NCBI GenBank assembly: GCA_930990125.1
Contig: CAKNOI010000006.1
Location: 479-64,478, forward strand
Direction: 5' to 3'
DNA: 64,000 nt
From: an uncultured Clostridiaceae bacterium
GTDB taxonomy: Bacteria > Bacillota > Clostridia > TANB77 > CAG-508
Each line of letters opens with the position of its first letter. The stretch's first letter is position 1. The notes under the pieces were generated by a model. It worked only from the letters and a program-made list of their open reading frames with translations, was not told the DNA's origin and did no database searches. Position numbers and translations under genes: made by a program. Positions 54,436 to 64,000 of the stretch are shown here, piece by piece.

Positions 54436-55719
54436 TTATTTTATTTTTGCATTATCTATAATAAACTGAATGGCTTTTTCTTCTTTAATACTTTGTTCTA
54501 AGTATTTCTTTAATGTTTCATTTAACTTTAAGTCTTCTTCTTTACGTCCATAAGTTTCTGCCATTTCTTTTATTTTACTTGCTATTTCGTCTTCTGCTAC
54601 TTCTATTTTTGCATCTTTTGCAACAGCTTCTAAAACTAATCTAGATTTTACATTTTCTTTTGCCTGTTCTTCGTATTCTTTTCTAAAATCTGCTTCTGTT
54701 TTATTTAGCATTTGCAAATATTGTTCTAATTTTAGTCCTTGGTAAGAAAGTCTAGATTCTACTTCTTTTACCATATTGTCAATTTCAGATTCTATCATAC
54801 CAGATGGAATATCTATTTCGGTAGCATCACAAACTGCTTTAATAGCAGCTTCTTCTGTTTCGTATTTTGCTCTTCTGGTATTTTCTTCTTCTAATTTTTC
54901 ACGAATACTCTTTTTTAACTCTTCTAAGGTATCAAATTCGCTTACATCTTTTGCAAACTCATCATCTACGGTTGGAAGTTCTTTTTCTTTAATTTCATGA
55001 AGTTTTACTTTAAATACAGCTTCTTTTCCTGCTAAATCTTTTGAGAAATAGTCTTTAGGGAATGTTACTGTAATATCTTTTTCTTCTTCTTTTTTCATTC
55101 CAATAATTTGGTCTTCAAATCCTGGAATAAAAGTTTTACTTCCAATGGTTAATTCATGTCCTTCTGCTTTTCCACCTTCAAAAGGAACACCATCTACAGA
55201 ACCTTCAAAATCGATAGTAACAATATCTTTATCCTTTACTGCTCTATCTTCTACGGTAATAATTCTTGCATTTCTTTCTCTCATGTGTTCGATTTCATGG
55301 TCGATATTTTCATCAGATACAGTATACTCAATTTTCTTTAAAGCTATACCTTTATATTTTCCTACTGTTACTTCTGGCTTTATTTGTACTACAGCAGTAA
55401 AAATAAGGTCTTGTCCTTTTCCTATTTGTGTAACTTCGATATCTGGTCTGCTAACAGCTTCTATGTTATTTTCTTTTAGTTCTTTTTCATATATCTCTGG
55501 AACTACTTCATTAAAAGCATCCTCATAGAAAATTTCTTTTCCATAGTGTTTTTCTACAATAGCCAAAGGAGCCTTTCCTTTTCTAAATCCTGGTATATTA
55601 AAATACTTAGCACTTTTTACATATACCTTTTGAATAGCCTCATCAAACTTTGCGGCCTCTACTGTAAATTCTAATTTTAGTTCATTGTTTTTGTCGGTTT
55701 TCTCAATTTTGATACTCAT
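54436..55719 (-). CDS. tig: Trigger factor
   Basis: 427 aa: ribosome-binding N-domain (GFRKGKAP), FKBP-type PPIase, C-terminal domain. Promoter TTGAAA-16-TATAAT at about 55765-55800. Confidence 0.92.
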   Translation of the reverse strand: MSIKIEKTDKNNELKLEFTVEAAKFDEAIQKVYVKSAKYFNIPGFRKGKAPLAIVEKHYGKEIFYEDAFNEVVPEIYEKELKENNIEAVSRPDIEVTQIGKGQDLIFTAVVQIKPEVTVGKYKGIALKKIEYTVSDENIDHEIEHMRERNARIITVEDRAVKDKDIVTIDFEGSVDGVPFEGGKAEGHELTIGSKTFIPGFEDQIIGMKKEEEKDITVTFPKDYFSKDLAGKEAVFKVKLHEIKEKELPTVDDEFAKDVSEFDTLEELKKSIREKLEEENTRRAKYETEEAAIKAVCDATEIDIPSGMIESEIDNMVKEVESRLSYQGLKLEQYLQMLNKTEADFRKEYEEQAKENVKSRLVLEAVAKDAKIEVAEDEIASKIKEMAETYGRKEEDLKLNETLKKYLEQSIKEEKAIQFIIDNAKIK

Positions 55720-56237
55720 ATTCTTCTTCCTTTCCGATTTTTTATGTTACTTATTTCTTAGCTTTTATATTATATCATGGATTTTCAAGATTTCAAGCCC
55801 TTTTTTGTTATTTTTGTTGCCTTTTTTAGCTTGTGTCGCATATGCCAAAAAGGCGACCCACTTTTTCGTAGCTCATCTTTATTTTATATCTATTTTTCTT
55901 TCTTTTATTTAAACCTAAATATATGTGGGTCTCGTATTTCCATTTTCATGATTTTTCATCAGTTTTTCATCTTTTGCGAATTCAAAATATTCATCCCTTA
56001 TATGATATACATATCCGCTTTCTAATATCATTTAGTCTGTCCTTTCTAAAATAAGAGGGAATTTTGAAATAGACCCCCTCTTATTTTCATAATAGATAAT
56101 TTATTACTCGCACCACCATAAAGCGAGAAACATTTTCTTTCTATATTTATTAGACAATTTCTAAAAAGTAATTGTCAAGATGTTTTGTATGATAAATATA
56201 CTAATATTTTATGCTATTTTTACGAATTTATGTACTA

Positions 56238-57056
56238 CTATTGTATTTCTGTTCCGCCCCATTCTACGGCTACAAAGCCCTTTCTTTCTGGAGTAGTTAG
56301 TTTTTGTTCTTTTACATCTATTGGTTCATTTAATCCTTTAAAAGTCATTAATACTCTTATGGTAGTGTCTGGGTTTGGCTCTATCGTTAGTGGCATATTT
56401 TTATTTATTTCTTCTGGAGTAGCAAACCTTATATAGTTATAGTTATTTTTTTCTAGTTTTGGTAACCAGTATATAATAAACTCTTCTACCTCTCTTTCGG
56501 TTAAGCCTAGAATTGCCAATTTTTCTTCTAAAAATTTAGCGGAGTCTGAACCTTTTACTGCAAAGCCTGTATCTTCTACTTTAAATGGAATTACGTTTTC
56601 ACTTTCGTAGTATAAAGAATATAAATTTCTTTGTGTAGATAAGTCCACTAAGTCTCCATTAGGCTCTGCTTGCACTTTCCATCCACTATTTGTATATTGT
56701 GGATAAGAGCATGTTATTTTTTCTGGTAATCCTAGTTTTACCTCTATTTTACTTGTTTCTTCAGAATACAAGTAAATAATTGGCTTTGCCATCCTCATCC
56801 AATCCTCCGAATGCTTTTTTATCATGTCAAAACTTAAGCTATTCATATTTTGATTTACTTCTTCTCTAGTATTGTTGTTTTGACATGTGTTTTCTTTATT
56901 GTTGCTATTTTGATATGCATTTTCCTTACTATTATTTTGGATTATAACAAATGTCACTCCTAAGATAATTGCTATTAGTAATACAAGAAGTATTATGAAT
57001 ATAATAGCTGTTTTAAAACTAATTTTAATTTGCCCCTTTTGTTTCCTTTGTTCCAT
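56238..57056 (-). CDS. Membrane-anchored hypothetical protein (Q/N-rich linker then globular domain)
   Basis: 272 aa, N-terminal TM. Hairpin plus T-run terminator downstream at about 56040-56090. Confidence 0.5.
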   Translation of the reverse strand: MEQRKQKGQIKISFKTAIIFIILLVLLIAIILGVTFVIIQNNSKENAYQNSNNKENTCQNNNTREEVNQNMNSLSFDMIKKHSEDWMRMAKPIIYLYSEETSKIEVKLGLPEKITCSYPQYTNSGWKVQAEPNGDLVDLSTQRNLYSLYYESENVIPFKVEDTGFAVKGSDSAKFLEEKLAILGLTEREVEEFIIYWLPKLEKNNYNYIRFATPEEINKNMPLTIEPNPDTTIRVLMTFKGLNEPIDVKEQKLTTPERKGFVAVEWGGTEIQ

Positions 57057-57209
57057 TTTTTCCCCTTCTTTCGTTATTTTCTTCTCTTTTATTCTACTGT
57101 TATTGCTTTCTTTTTGTCAAGATGTTTTTTCTTTTTCTATAAACCCCCTTGTCATTTTTTCTTTTTTTCTGTACAATGCAGGTAGAAAAAATAAAAGGAG
57201 GAAATAAAA

Positions 57210-58010
57210 ATGGTTTCTATCAAAAATTTATTTGAAAATGATGACGTAAAAGTAATCCAAAAACAGGGGGATATTTCTGTTATTGAGTTTCAACGTGATT
57301 TAAGTGTTAGCAAAAGTAATGCGATTGAGGAGTATTATGCAGGACAGATGAATGTTAGAAGAAGACAGGTGTTAATTGAGCTTAAGGGCAATGAGTATAT
57401 TACTAGCTCTGGTGCGATGCAATGGACTGCTGGAAATGTGGAGGCTTCTACTAATATTAAAGGTGTTGGAGATTTTTTAGGGAAGGCAATTAAAGGTAGT
57501 GTTACAAAAGAGTCTACGGTAAAGCCTAAATACCATGGAACTGGTCTTTTAGCGTTAGAGCCTACTTATCGTCATATTTTAATTGAAGATGTTTCTACTT
57601 GGAATGGTGGTATGGTTTTAGAAGATGGCTTATTTTTAGCTTGTGAAGCAAGCCTTAATACCAATGTTGTTATGCGTTCTAATTTATCTTCTGCTGTTCT
57701 TGGTGGGGAAGGGTTATTTAATTTAAAGCTAGAAGGAAAAGGTTATGCTGTTTTAGAAAGTTTTGTTCCTAGAGAAGAATTAATGGAACTTACCTTAGAA
57801 AATGACCAAGTAAGAATTGATGGTAACTTGGCTATTGCGTGGTCTAATTCTTTAGAGTTTAGGGTAGAAAAGTCTACTAGAAGTTTAGTAGGCTCTGCTG
57901 TAGCAGGAGAAGGTTTTGTAAATGTATACCGTGGTACAGGAAAAATTTTGATGGCACCTGTTGCTCCTGAAACCCTTAACAATATTTTAACCTATCGTCC
58001 TAAAGCTTAA
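57210..58010 (+). CDS. AIM24-family protein (TIGR00266/DUF124)
   Basis: 266 aa beta-rich. Conserved ...GEGLFNLKLEGKGYAVLES... and ...GEGFVNVYRGTGKILMAP... segments typical of the family. RBS AAAGGAGG. Confidence 0.7.
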   Translation: MVSIKNLFENDDVKVIQKQGDISVIEFQRDLSVSKSNAIEEYYAGQMNVRRRQVLIELKGNEYITSSGAMQWTAGNVEASTNIKGVGDFLGKAIKGSVTKESTVKPKYHGTGLLALEPTYRHILIEDVSTWNGGMVLEDGLFLACEASLNTNVVMRSNLSSAVLGGEGLFNLKLEGKGYAVLESFVPREELMELTLENDQVRIDGNLAIAWSNSLEFRVEKSTRSLVGSAVAGEGFVNVYRGTGKILMAPVAPETLNNILTYRPKA

Positions 58011-58117
58011 GTAATGTATAACAAATCTTATTTTTTATATATTACTATACAATAAAACAGTATTCTTAAAAATGAGAATACTGTTTTTGTTTATCTATTC
58101 TTCTTATGCTATTTATG

Positions 58118-58828
58118 CTATGATAAGCAAATTGGATCAAAATTTATATAGTCTCCACTTACTAGTTTAAATAAAATCCCATTTTTTACTCCCTCTACGG
58201 CTTCTTTATGGGAATCTCCATGTAAATGGCCATAAATGCAGATAGAAACAGAATATTCTTGTAGAACCGCAAGAATATTTTGCATCATTTCTGTATTTGC
58301 CATAGCTGCCTTACTAATAGGCGGATAGTGCATACATACCATAATTCTTTTTTGTGTGCCAAATTGTTGTATGCCATCTTCTAAGGATAGTTTTAATCTG
58401 TTTATTTCTCTTTCTAGCATTTTTTTCCCGTCTTTTGTATCATTTAAAGACCAAAACCTTGTTCCACAAATAATGGTATCTTCTACACAGTAACTATTAT
58501 TATAAATAAAGTCCACAGTAGCAATGTTATTTTCTTTTAAAAAGTTTCGCATTTTATTTAAGGTTGTCCACCAATAATCGTGGTTTCCTTTGAGTAATAA
58601 TTTACGTCCTGGAAGTGCATTTAAAAACTGAAAATCTGGTAAAGTATCTTCTAACTTCATTGCCCACGAAAAATCTCCTGGTAATAACACGGTATCTTGC
58701 TCTTTTACTTTTTGCATCCAATTTGCTTTTGTTCTTTCTGCATGGTCTTTCCAGTTATCTCCAAATATATCCATTGGTTTTGGCTGTTTAAAAGAGAGGT
58801 GTAAATCGGATATTGCATAAATTGCCAT
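58118..58828 (-). CDS. Calcineurin-like metallophosphoesterase
   Basis: 236 aa with D-x-H...GD...GNHDYW motifs. RBS AAGGAG overlaps the tsaD stop. Confidence 0.75.
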   Translation of the reverse strand: MAIYAISDLHLSFKQPKPMDIFGDNWKDHAERTKANWMQKVKEQDTVLLPGDFSWAMKLEDTLPDFQFLNALPGRKLLLKGNHDYWWTTLNKMRNFLKENNIATVDFIYNNSYCVEDTIICGTRFWSLNDTKDGKKMLEREINRLKLSLEDGIQQFGTQKRIMVCMHYPPISKAAMANTEMMQNILAVLQEYSVSICIYGHLHGDSHKEAVEGVKNGILFKLVSGDYINFDPICLS

Positions 58829-58841
58829 GTTTCTTTTCTCC

Positions 58842-59838
58842 TTACCCTATTTTTAAATTTGGTACTGCATTTAAATCTAAAGAAGAAATATTACCTGCTA
58901 AATAGTTATAGTACCCGCGCAGAGGCTATCATTGCTGCGTTATCGGTACATAACTCTAGTTTAGGATAGTAAATGGTATATCCTTCTTCTTTGCCTAGTT
59001 TAGAAAATTGCTCACGTATATAGCTGTTAGCAGATACCCCTCCTGCTAATGCAATTTTAGATATGCCAAGCTTATTACTTGCTTTTTTGGTGTTTTCTAC
59101 TAATATTTCTGCTGCTAATTTTTCAAAACTGCAACACAAATCTGCTTTATTTATTTCTGGATTTTTGTGGTGTAAATTAATAATAGCTGTTTTTATTCCA
59201 CTAAAACTAAAATCTAGGTCTTCTAAGTGTGGTTTTGGAAGTTCTATATTTTGCTTTCCTTGTTTAGCCAGTGCATCCACTTTAGGTCCTCCTGGATAGC
59301 CTAGCCCAATTACTCTTGCAATTTTATCAAATGCTTCCCCTATGGCATCATCTCTTGTTTTACCTAAGATTTCAAACTCTGTATAGTCTTTGATATGAAT
59401 AAGGTGCGTATGCCCTCCAGAAATAACTAGGCATAAAAATGGTGGCGTTAATTCTGGAAAGGTAATATAGTTTGCAGCAATGTGTCCTTGTAAGTGGTTT
59501 ACTCCTACTAATGGCTTTTGGAGTGCAAAACTTAAAGCCTTTCCATAAGAAAGCCCTACTAGTAATGCTCCTACTAGTCCTGGACCATATGTGCAAGCAA
59601 TTACATCAATGTCTTCAAACTGCATATTTGCTTGTTCTAGTGCTTCTTTGGTAACAGTAGAAATAGCTTCCACATGATTTCTAGAAGCTATTTCTGGTAC
59701 TACTCCTCCAAATTGCTTGTGTATATCTATTTGTGAATGAATAACATTGGAAAGTACTTCTCTTCCATTCTTAACTACAGCTACTGATGTTTCATCACAA
59801 CTTGATTCAATTCCTAATACAATACAATCTTTTTTCAT
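58842..59838 (-). CDS. tsaD: tRNA N6-adenosine threonylcarbamoyltransferase. Requires a +1 skip at the in-frame CGG (forward 58915-58917).
   Basis: [22 protein letters not shown]...HLQGHIAAN...[11 protein letters not shown] [C][25 protein letters not shown]. Skipping the C restores the universally conserved ...AAMIA.AG(Y) C-terminus. Read in the zero frame the protein ends prematurely as ...ASARVL*. Confidence 0.85.
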
Positions 59839-59855
59839 TTTTTTCCTTCTTTACT

Positions 59856-60611
59856 TTATATAAATCCAAATATTTTAGAAATTACCCAAAATAGTCCATC
59901 TGATATGGCTTCTATAACAGGAGAAACAATAACACCTGCTAAGCCTGTAATCCATAATGCCAAAAAAACAATATAAAATATTTGTGCATGTTCCATAATC
60001 CAATTTTTTGCTTTATATGGTAGAAAGTGCATAAAAATTTTAGAACCATCTAGCGGTGGTAGTGGAATTAAGTTAAATACTCCTAACCCTATGTTTACAT
60101 AGATAGTGTTTATTAATAATAAATATACAATATTTCCTATATCGCTAGAAAAATAAAATAAAGGTGCAAATCTACCAATAAAAAAGTAAATAATCGTAAA
60201 CACAATGGCAAGTATAAAATTCATAAGCGGTCCTGCAAAGGATACGATTGCCTCTCCTGCACTCATCGATATTTTTCTATCAAAGTTTCTTGGATTAATT
60301 TGTACTGGTTTTCCCCATCCTATATGAACAAAGAGTAACATAAAAAATCCAATTGGGTCTAAATGACTTAGTGGGTTTAAATTTAATCTTCCTTGCATTC
60401 TAGGCGTATCATCTCCTAGTTTGTCAGCAGCAAAGGCATGTGCAAATTCGTGAAAAGTAATGGCTACTAGCACTCCTGGAAGTGTTAAGAGTAAACTTAA
60501 AATTCCATTTACCCCCATGCTAGCAATGGAGAACAATGCCAAAATTGCAAGAAGAATGTATAACATCCTATTATCAAAACTAAAGTTAAACAATCTGTTT
60601 CCACCTTTCAT
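59856..60611 (-). CDS. M50-family site-2 protease-like membrane metalloprotease
   Basis: 251 aa, polytopic, HEFAHAF (HExxH) in a TM helix, and a downstream LDG motif. Confidence 0.7.
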   Translation of the reverse strand: MKGGNRLFNFSFDNRMLYILLAILALFSIASMGVNGILSLLLTLPGVLVAITFHEFAHAFAADKLGDDTPRMQGRLNLNPLSHLDPIGFFMLLFVHIGWGKPVQINPRNFDRKISMSAGEAIVSFAGPLMNFILAIVFTIIYFFIGRFAPLFYFSSDIGNIVYLLLINTIYVNIGLGVFNLIPLPPLDGSKIFMHFLPYKAKNWIMEHAQIFYIVFLALWITGLAGVIVSPVIEAISDGLFWVISKIFGFI

Positions 60612-60639
60612 AATTATTTTTCAATTGTACTGGTAATTT

Positions 60640-62145
60640 CTAAGCATTATTTATAGGTTTCATTGTAGGGAATAATAAGACATCACGAATAGATGCTGCG
60701 TCTGTTAGTAGCATAACAAAACGGTCTATTCCTATTCCTAGTCCTCCTGTTGGTGGTAAGCCTATTTCTAATGCATTAATATAGTCTTCGTCCATCATGC
60801 CTGCTTCTTCGTCTCCGTTTTCTCTTGCTTCTACTTGTTTTTTAAATCTTTCATATTGGTCAATTGGGTCATTTAGTTCAGAGAATGCGTTTCCATATTC
60901 TCTTCCACCAATGAACACTTCAAATCTCTCTGTTAAGCGGTCATCTTCCTTTTTTCTTTTTGCAAGTGGTGAGATTTCTACTGGGTAATCATAAATAAAT
61001 GTTGGCTGAATTAATGTTTTTTCTACATATTCATCAAAGAATAAGCTAATAACATCTCCTCTTGTTTGTTTGGTTTCTGGTACTTCTATGTTTTTGCTTT
61101 TTGCTAAACTTACTGCTTCTTCATCTGTTGTAATAGTATTAAAGTCAATTCCTGTTACTTCTTTAATAGAATCTATCATGGTAATTCTTTTCCAAGATGG
61201 GGTTAGGTCTATTTCTTGTCCTTGATATTGTATTTTTGTAGTTCCTAATACTTTTTGTGCGGTTCTAGAAAATAGCTCTTCTGTAATGTCCATCATATCG
61301 TGGTAATCTTGAAAAGCAGCATATAGTTCTAGCATAGTAAATTCTGGGTTATGTCTAATATCCATTCCTTCATTTCTAAATACTCTTCCTAATTCATATA
61401 CTTTGTCAAATCCACCTACAATTAATCTTTTTAGGTTAAGTTCTAAGGCGATTCTTAAATACATGTCAATGTCTAATGTATTGTGATGTGTAACAAATGG
61501 TCTAGCCGTTGCTCCACCAGAGATAGTATTTAAAATTGGTGTTTCTACTTCTAAATATCCTTTTTCTTCTAGAATACTTCTAATTTCACTAATAATTTTG
61601 CTTCTTAGAATAAAAGTTTCTTTTACTTCTGGATTCATAATTAAATCTACATATCTTTGGCGATAACGTAAGTCTGTGTCTTTTAATCCATGAAATTTTT
61701 CTGGAAGTGGTCTTAAAGATTTAGAAAGAAGTGTTACTTCTTTTGCATGTACAGAAATTTCTCCTGTTCTGGTTTTAAATACAAATCCAGTAATTCCAAT
61801 AATATCTCCAATGTCATCTTCTTTAAATGCTTTGTAGGATTCTTCTCCTAAGTCATTAATACTAACATAACTTTGGATTTTTCCTTCTCCATCTTGTAAA
61901 TGGCAAAAGGATGCTTTTCCCATAATTCTTTTAGCAATCATTCTTCCTGCTATGGTTACATCTTTTCCTTCTAATGCTTCATAGTTTTCTTCTATTTGTT
62001 TGCTTGTATGCGTTCTGTTAAATTTTGTAATAGCATAAGGATCTTTCCCATTTTGTCTTAATGTATTTAATTTTTCTCTTCTTATTTTCATTAATTGATT
62101 CATATCCAATTCTACTTCTTGGTTTTTGGTTTGGTTTTCACTCAT
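60640..62145 (-). CDS. lysS: Lysine--tRNA ligase (class II)
   Basis: Start taken at MSENQTKNQ (RBS AGGAGG). N-terminal OB anticodon-binding domain. Class II motifs ...FRNEG... and GGLGIGIDR. Confidence 0.92.
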   Translation of the reverse strand: MSENQTKNQEVELDMNQLMKIRREKLNTLRQNGKDPYAITKFNRTHTSKQIEENYEALEGKDVTIAGRMIAKRIMGKASFCHLQDGEGKIQSYVSINDLGEESYKAFKEDDIGDIIGITGFVFKTRTGEISVHAKEVTLLSKSLRPLPEKFHGLKDTDLRYRQRYVDLIMNPEVKETFILRSKIISEIRSILEEKGYLEVETPILNTISGGATARPFVTHHNTLDIDMYLRIALELNLKRLIVGGFDKVYELGRVFRNEGMDIRHNPEFTMLELYAAFQDYHDMMDITEELFSRTAQKVLGTTKIQYQGQEIDLTPSWKRITMIDSIKEVTGIDFNTITTDEEAVSLAKSKNIEVPETKQTRGDVISLFFDEYVEKTLIQPTFIYDYPVEISPLAKRKKEDDRLTERFEVFIGGREYGNAFSELNDPIDQYERFKKQVEARENGDEEAGMMDEDYINALEIGLPPTGGLGIGIDRFVMLLTDAASIRDVLLFPTMKPINNA

Positions 62146-62228
62146 TGTTTTTCCTCCTGATTTTTTATTTGTCGCTATCATTATATACCTAAAATGCCTA
62201 TTTTGTAAATACTTCCCATTCATTTTTC

Positions 62229-62262
62229 CAAAAAGACAGAGGAGCATATGCTCCTCTATCTT
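62229..62262 (-). terminator. Intrinsic terminator after the SleB-like gene, ahead of the lysS promoter (TTTACA-17-TATATAAT)
   Basis: Minus strand AGATAGAGGAGCATATGCTCCTCTGTCT followed by TTTTT. Confidence 0.7.
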
Positions 62263-62268
62263 TTGCCA

Positions 62269-63183
62269 TTATCCCCAATAGCAGTAAAAGTACTGCGTAC
62301 CTATTGGAATTTGCACCCTTATACCTGCGCGAGCGTTTTGTTCACTTAAGCTTATTGCACTTACATTGTAGAAATACAAAGCACCATTCTGCCAAAACTT
62401 TGGGTCGTCTAGTCCTTGCAAATAAGCTTGCTCCCTTAGCAATTCTTTTGTTGGATCTATTCCTGCCTGTACTTCTGCTACAAAGGTTTCATATGCCTCG
62501 TCTACATGGGTTGGTAAAATATCCTGTGTTACCAGAATATTACCATCTTTCGTCACAAGGTATACATAACCTCCTTTTACAGAGGAAAAAGCACCTAATT
62601 GGTTTACTACCTCATAGATAGATGAACCAAATCCTTCTGCCTTTGTCCTATTATACAAAACATGCATAACAGCTTTTTCTGCTTCCTTTCCATCAATGCC
62701 CGCTTCCGCATAAGCAACTGACTTTATAAGGAATTCATCTTCTTCGGAAAAGAAAACTGTATTGCTTTGTGGCTCCTCAGCACTCACAACAGTTTCTTCT
62801 ACTTCTACTCCTACTTCTGTTTCTTCTGCTACAACCATTGGTTGCAAGTTTTCCATTACAGTAGTTTGCGTTGCTTCTTTTGTATTCGTTTTTACCACTG
62901 CATTGGTAGTAGGGATAGTTACTGGTGTTTCTTGTACTTGTTCCTGAAGTACTGGTTTAGGAGTACAATCTGCTGGAAGACGTTCTGCAAAGGGCAGGAA
63001 TTTTACAATTGTCATTAGCAAACAGATACCCAATAATGGTAACATGATGACTTTGATACTTTTTTTGTGCCTATCAACTCCTTCTAAAGCTAAATATAGT
63101 ATCCATAGTGGTATTGCAATTATAATTGGTACCTTTCTTGCTCTTTCTTTCCGCTGATTTACTGTCATTGCTTTTGTTGTCAT
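62269..63183 (-). CDS. SleB/CwlJ-family cell-wall hydrolase-domain protein with N-terminal TM region(s). Start uncertain.
   Basis: The C-terminal about 130 aa ...LIKSVAYAEAGIDGKEAEKAVMHVLYNRTKAEGFGSSIYEVVNQLGAFSSV... match the Hydrolase_2 (SleB) domain. The ATG at 63181-63183 has an AAGGAG RBS, but that start puts an in-frame CGG at codon 11. An alternative internal start (MLPLLGICLLMTIV) is possible. Confidence 0.6.
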   Translation of the reverse strand: MTTKAMTVNQRKERARKVPIIIAIPLWILYLALEGVDRHKKSIKVIMLPLLGICLLMTIVKFLPFAERLPADCTPKPVLQEQVQETPVTIPTTNAVVKTNTKEATQTTVMENLQPMVVAEETEVGVEVEETVVSAEEPQSNTVFFSEEDEFLIKSVAYAEAGIDGKEAEKAVMHVLYNRTKAEGFGSSIYEVVNQLGAFSSVKGGYVYLVTKDGNILVTQDILPTHVDEAYETFVAEVQAGIDPTKELLREQAYLQGLDDPKFWQNGALYFYNVSAISLSEQNARAGIRVQIPIGTQYFYCYWG

Positions 63184-63362
63184 TACTATTTACGCTCCTT
63201 TTCTTATATGGCTTATACAACATTATTTACCATTTGGTAATATTTTTATTATACCACAGTTTATGTTAATTTTCAAATTACTAGTAAGAAAAGTTGCTTC
63301 TCCACATGTACACAATTGCTATGCAATCGGCACATCCCAATGTAACTTAATGCTAATTTTCT

Positions 63363-63998
63363 TTAACGAATAAAATTAGTGAAATGAATCTCTTCTTGTT
63401 CTGGCTTTTTTATTCCTTTTTCTTTTCCTGCTTCAATACATTTTAAATAATACGCCATATTTCTTCCTAGTATTCGCATTACTTGCATGCCCTCTTCATC
63501 TTTTTTTACTTCTTCTGGTGTTGAACCATGAACCATGTTCCAATATCTAGAAGATATGATTGGCATTTGTGTAATTCCAAAGTATTTATTTAACTGGTCA
63601 TATGTTGCTGTTGTTCCTGCTCTTCTTGCAGAAATAACAGTAGCTGCTGGTTTAAATAGGAATCTATCCCCTTTGTCTCCTTGAAATGCAGAATAAAATG
63701 CTCGGTCCATAAAGGAAGTAATTGCTCCTGTAGCTCCTGCATAATGTACTGGGGAACCAAATATAAATCCATCTGCCTCTGCTGCTTTTTCTACAAATTC
63801 GTTTACAACATCATCAAATACGCATTTACCTGTTTTAGCACAAGATTTACATGCAATACAGCCTGCTATTGGTTTAATCCCTATCCAAAATATTTCGGTA
63901 TCAATTCCTTCTCCTTCTAATGTTTTTGCCACTTCTTCTAAGGCTGTATTCACACAGCCGTTTTTATGTGGTCCTCCATTTACTAATATTACTTTCAT
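63363..63998 (-). CDS. Flavodoxin-like NAD(P)H-dependent FMN reductase / iron-sulfur flavoprotein family protein
   Basis: 211 aa. MKVILVNGGPHKNG... flavodoxin-like fold with a compact Cys cluster (CIACKSCAKTGKC). Confidence 0.7.
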   Translation of the reverse strand: MKVILVNGGPHKNGCVNTALEEVAKTLEGEGIDTEIFWIGIKPIAGCIACKSCAKTGKCVFDDVVNEFVEKAAEADGFIFGSPVHYAGATGAITSFMDRAFYSAFQGDKGDRFLFKPAATVISARRAGTTATYDQLNKYFGITQMPIISSRYWNMVHGSTPEEVKKDEEGMQVMRILGRNMAYYLKCIEAGKEKGIKKPEQEEIHFTNFIR

Positions 63999-64000
63999 TT

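Noticed and set aside
55685-56025. Plus-strand ORFs of 75-82 aa (F/L/I-rich) in the tig upstream region
   Set aside because: They are low-complexity translations of AT-rich promoter and terminator DNA, with no RBS. The region is better explained by the tig promoter and the upstream gene's terminator.

Overview
This 64 kb window is low-GC Firmicutes (Clostridia-type) chromosomal DNA. The gene content points to a spore-former (spoIIP, sigH, a SleB-like hydrolase, sortase B). About 90% of genes are on the minus strand. The backbone is a housekeeping core: secA, trmB, a Qnr-like pentapeptide-repeat protein, an RluA-family pseudouridine synthase, RNase P RNA, dtd, gpsA-plsY-der, rpmF, asnB, a sortase B plus its anchored substrate, an acyl-CoA ligase, a TetR-controlled heterodimeric ABC exporter, pgi, spoIIP, hisS, an MBL hydrolase, relA, recJ, ylbF, a GT4 glycosyltransferase, a serpin, tRNA-Thr, sigH, yajC-tgt-queA, ileS with a T-box leader, clpX-clpP-tig, tsaD, an M50 protease, lysS, and tRNA-Leu. 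The standout observation is that at least nine conserved genes (tsaD, queA, asnB, a dCMP deaminase, spoIIP, a TetR regulator, a Zn-protease-like protein, a GT-C-like membrane protein and a membrane-anchored protein) are each split by exactly one extra nucleotide. In every case the extra base creates an in-frame CGG codon, and skipping its C (+1) restores a conserved glycine codon GGN and the downstream frame. I found no in-frame CGG used as a normal arginine codon inside any conserved gene body. The only other in-frame CGGs sit within about 10 codons of gene ends or in tiny ORFs. This looks like codon-specific +1 recoding, or a CGG codon that is effectively unassigned, rather than random pseudogenisation. 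A frame-aware systematic artefact cannot be excluded from sequence alone. Secondary items are a duplicated 40 bp promoter module with a candidate antisense small RNA, a degenerate islet next to tRNA-Thr (DinD/BRO-like gene plus a strongly promoted Cys-rich small ORF), a start-less Ig-like (Big_2) ORF in frame behind an ABC transporter stop, tandem GT-C-like paralogs, and a membrane-anchored serpin.
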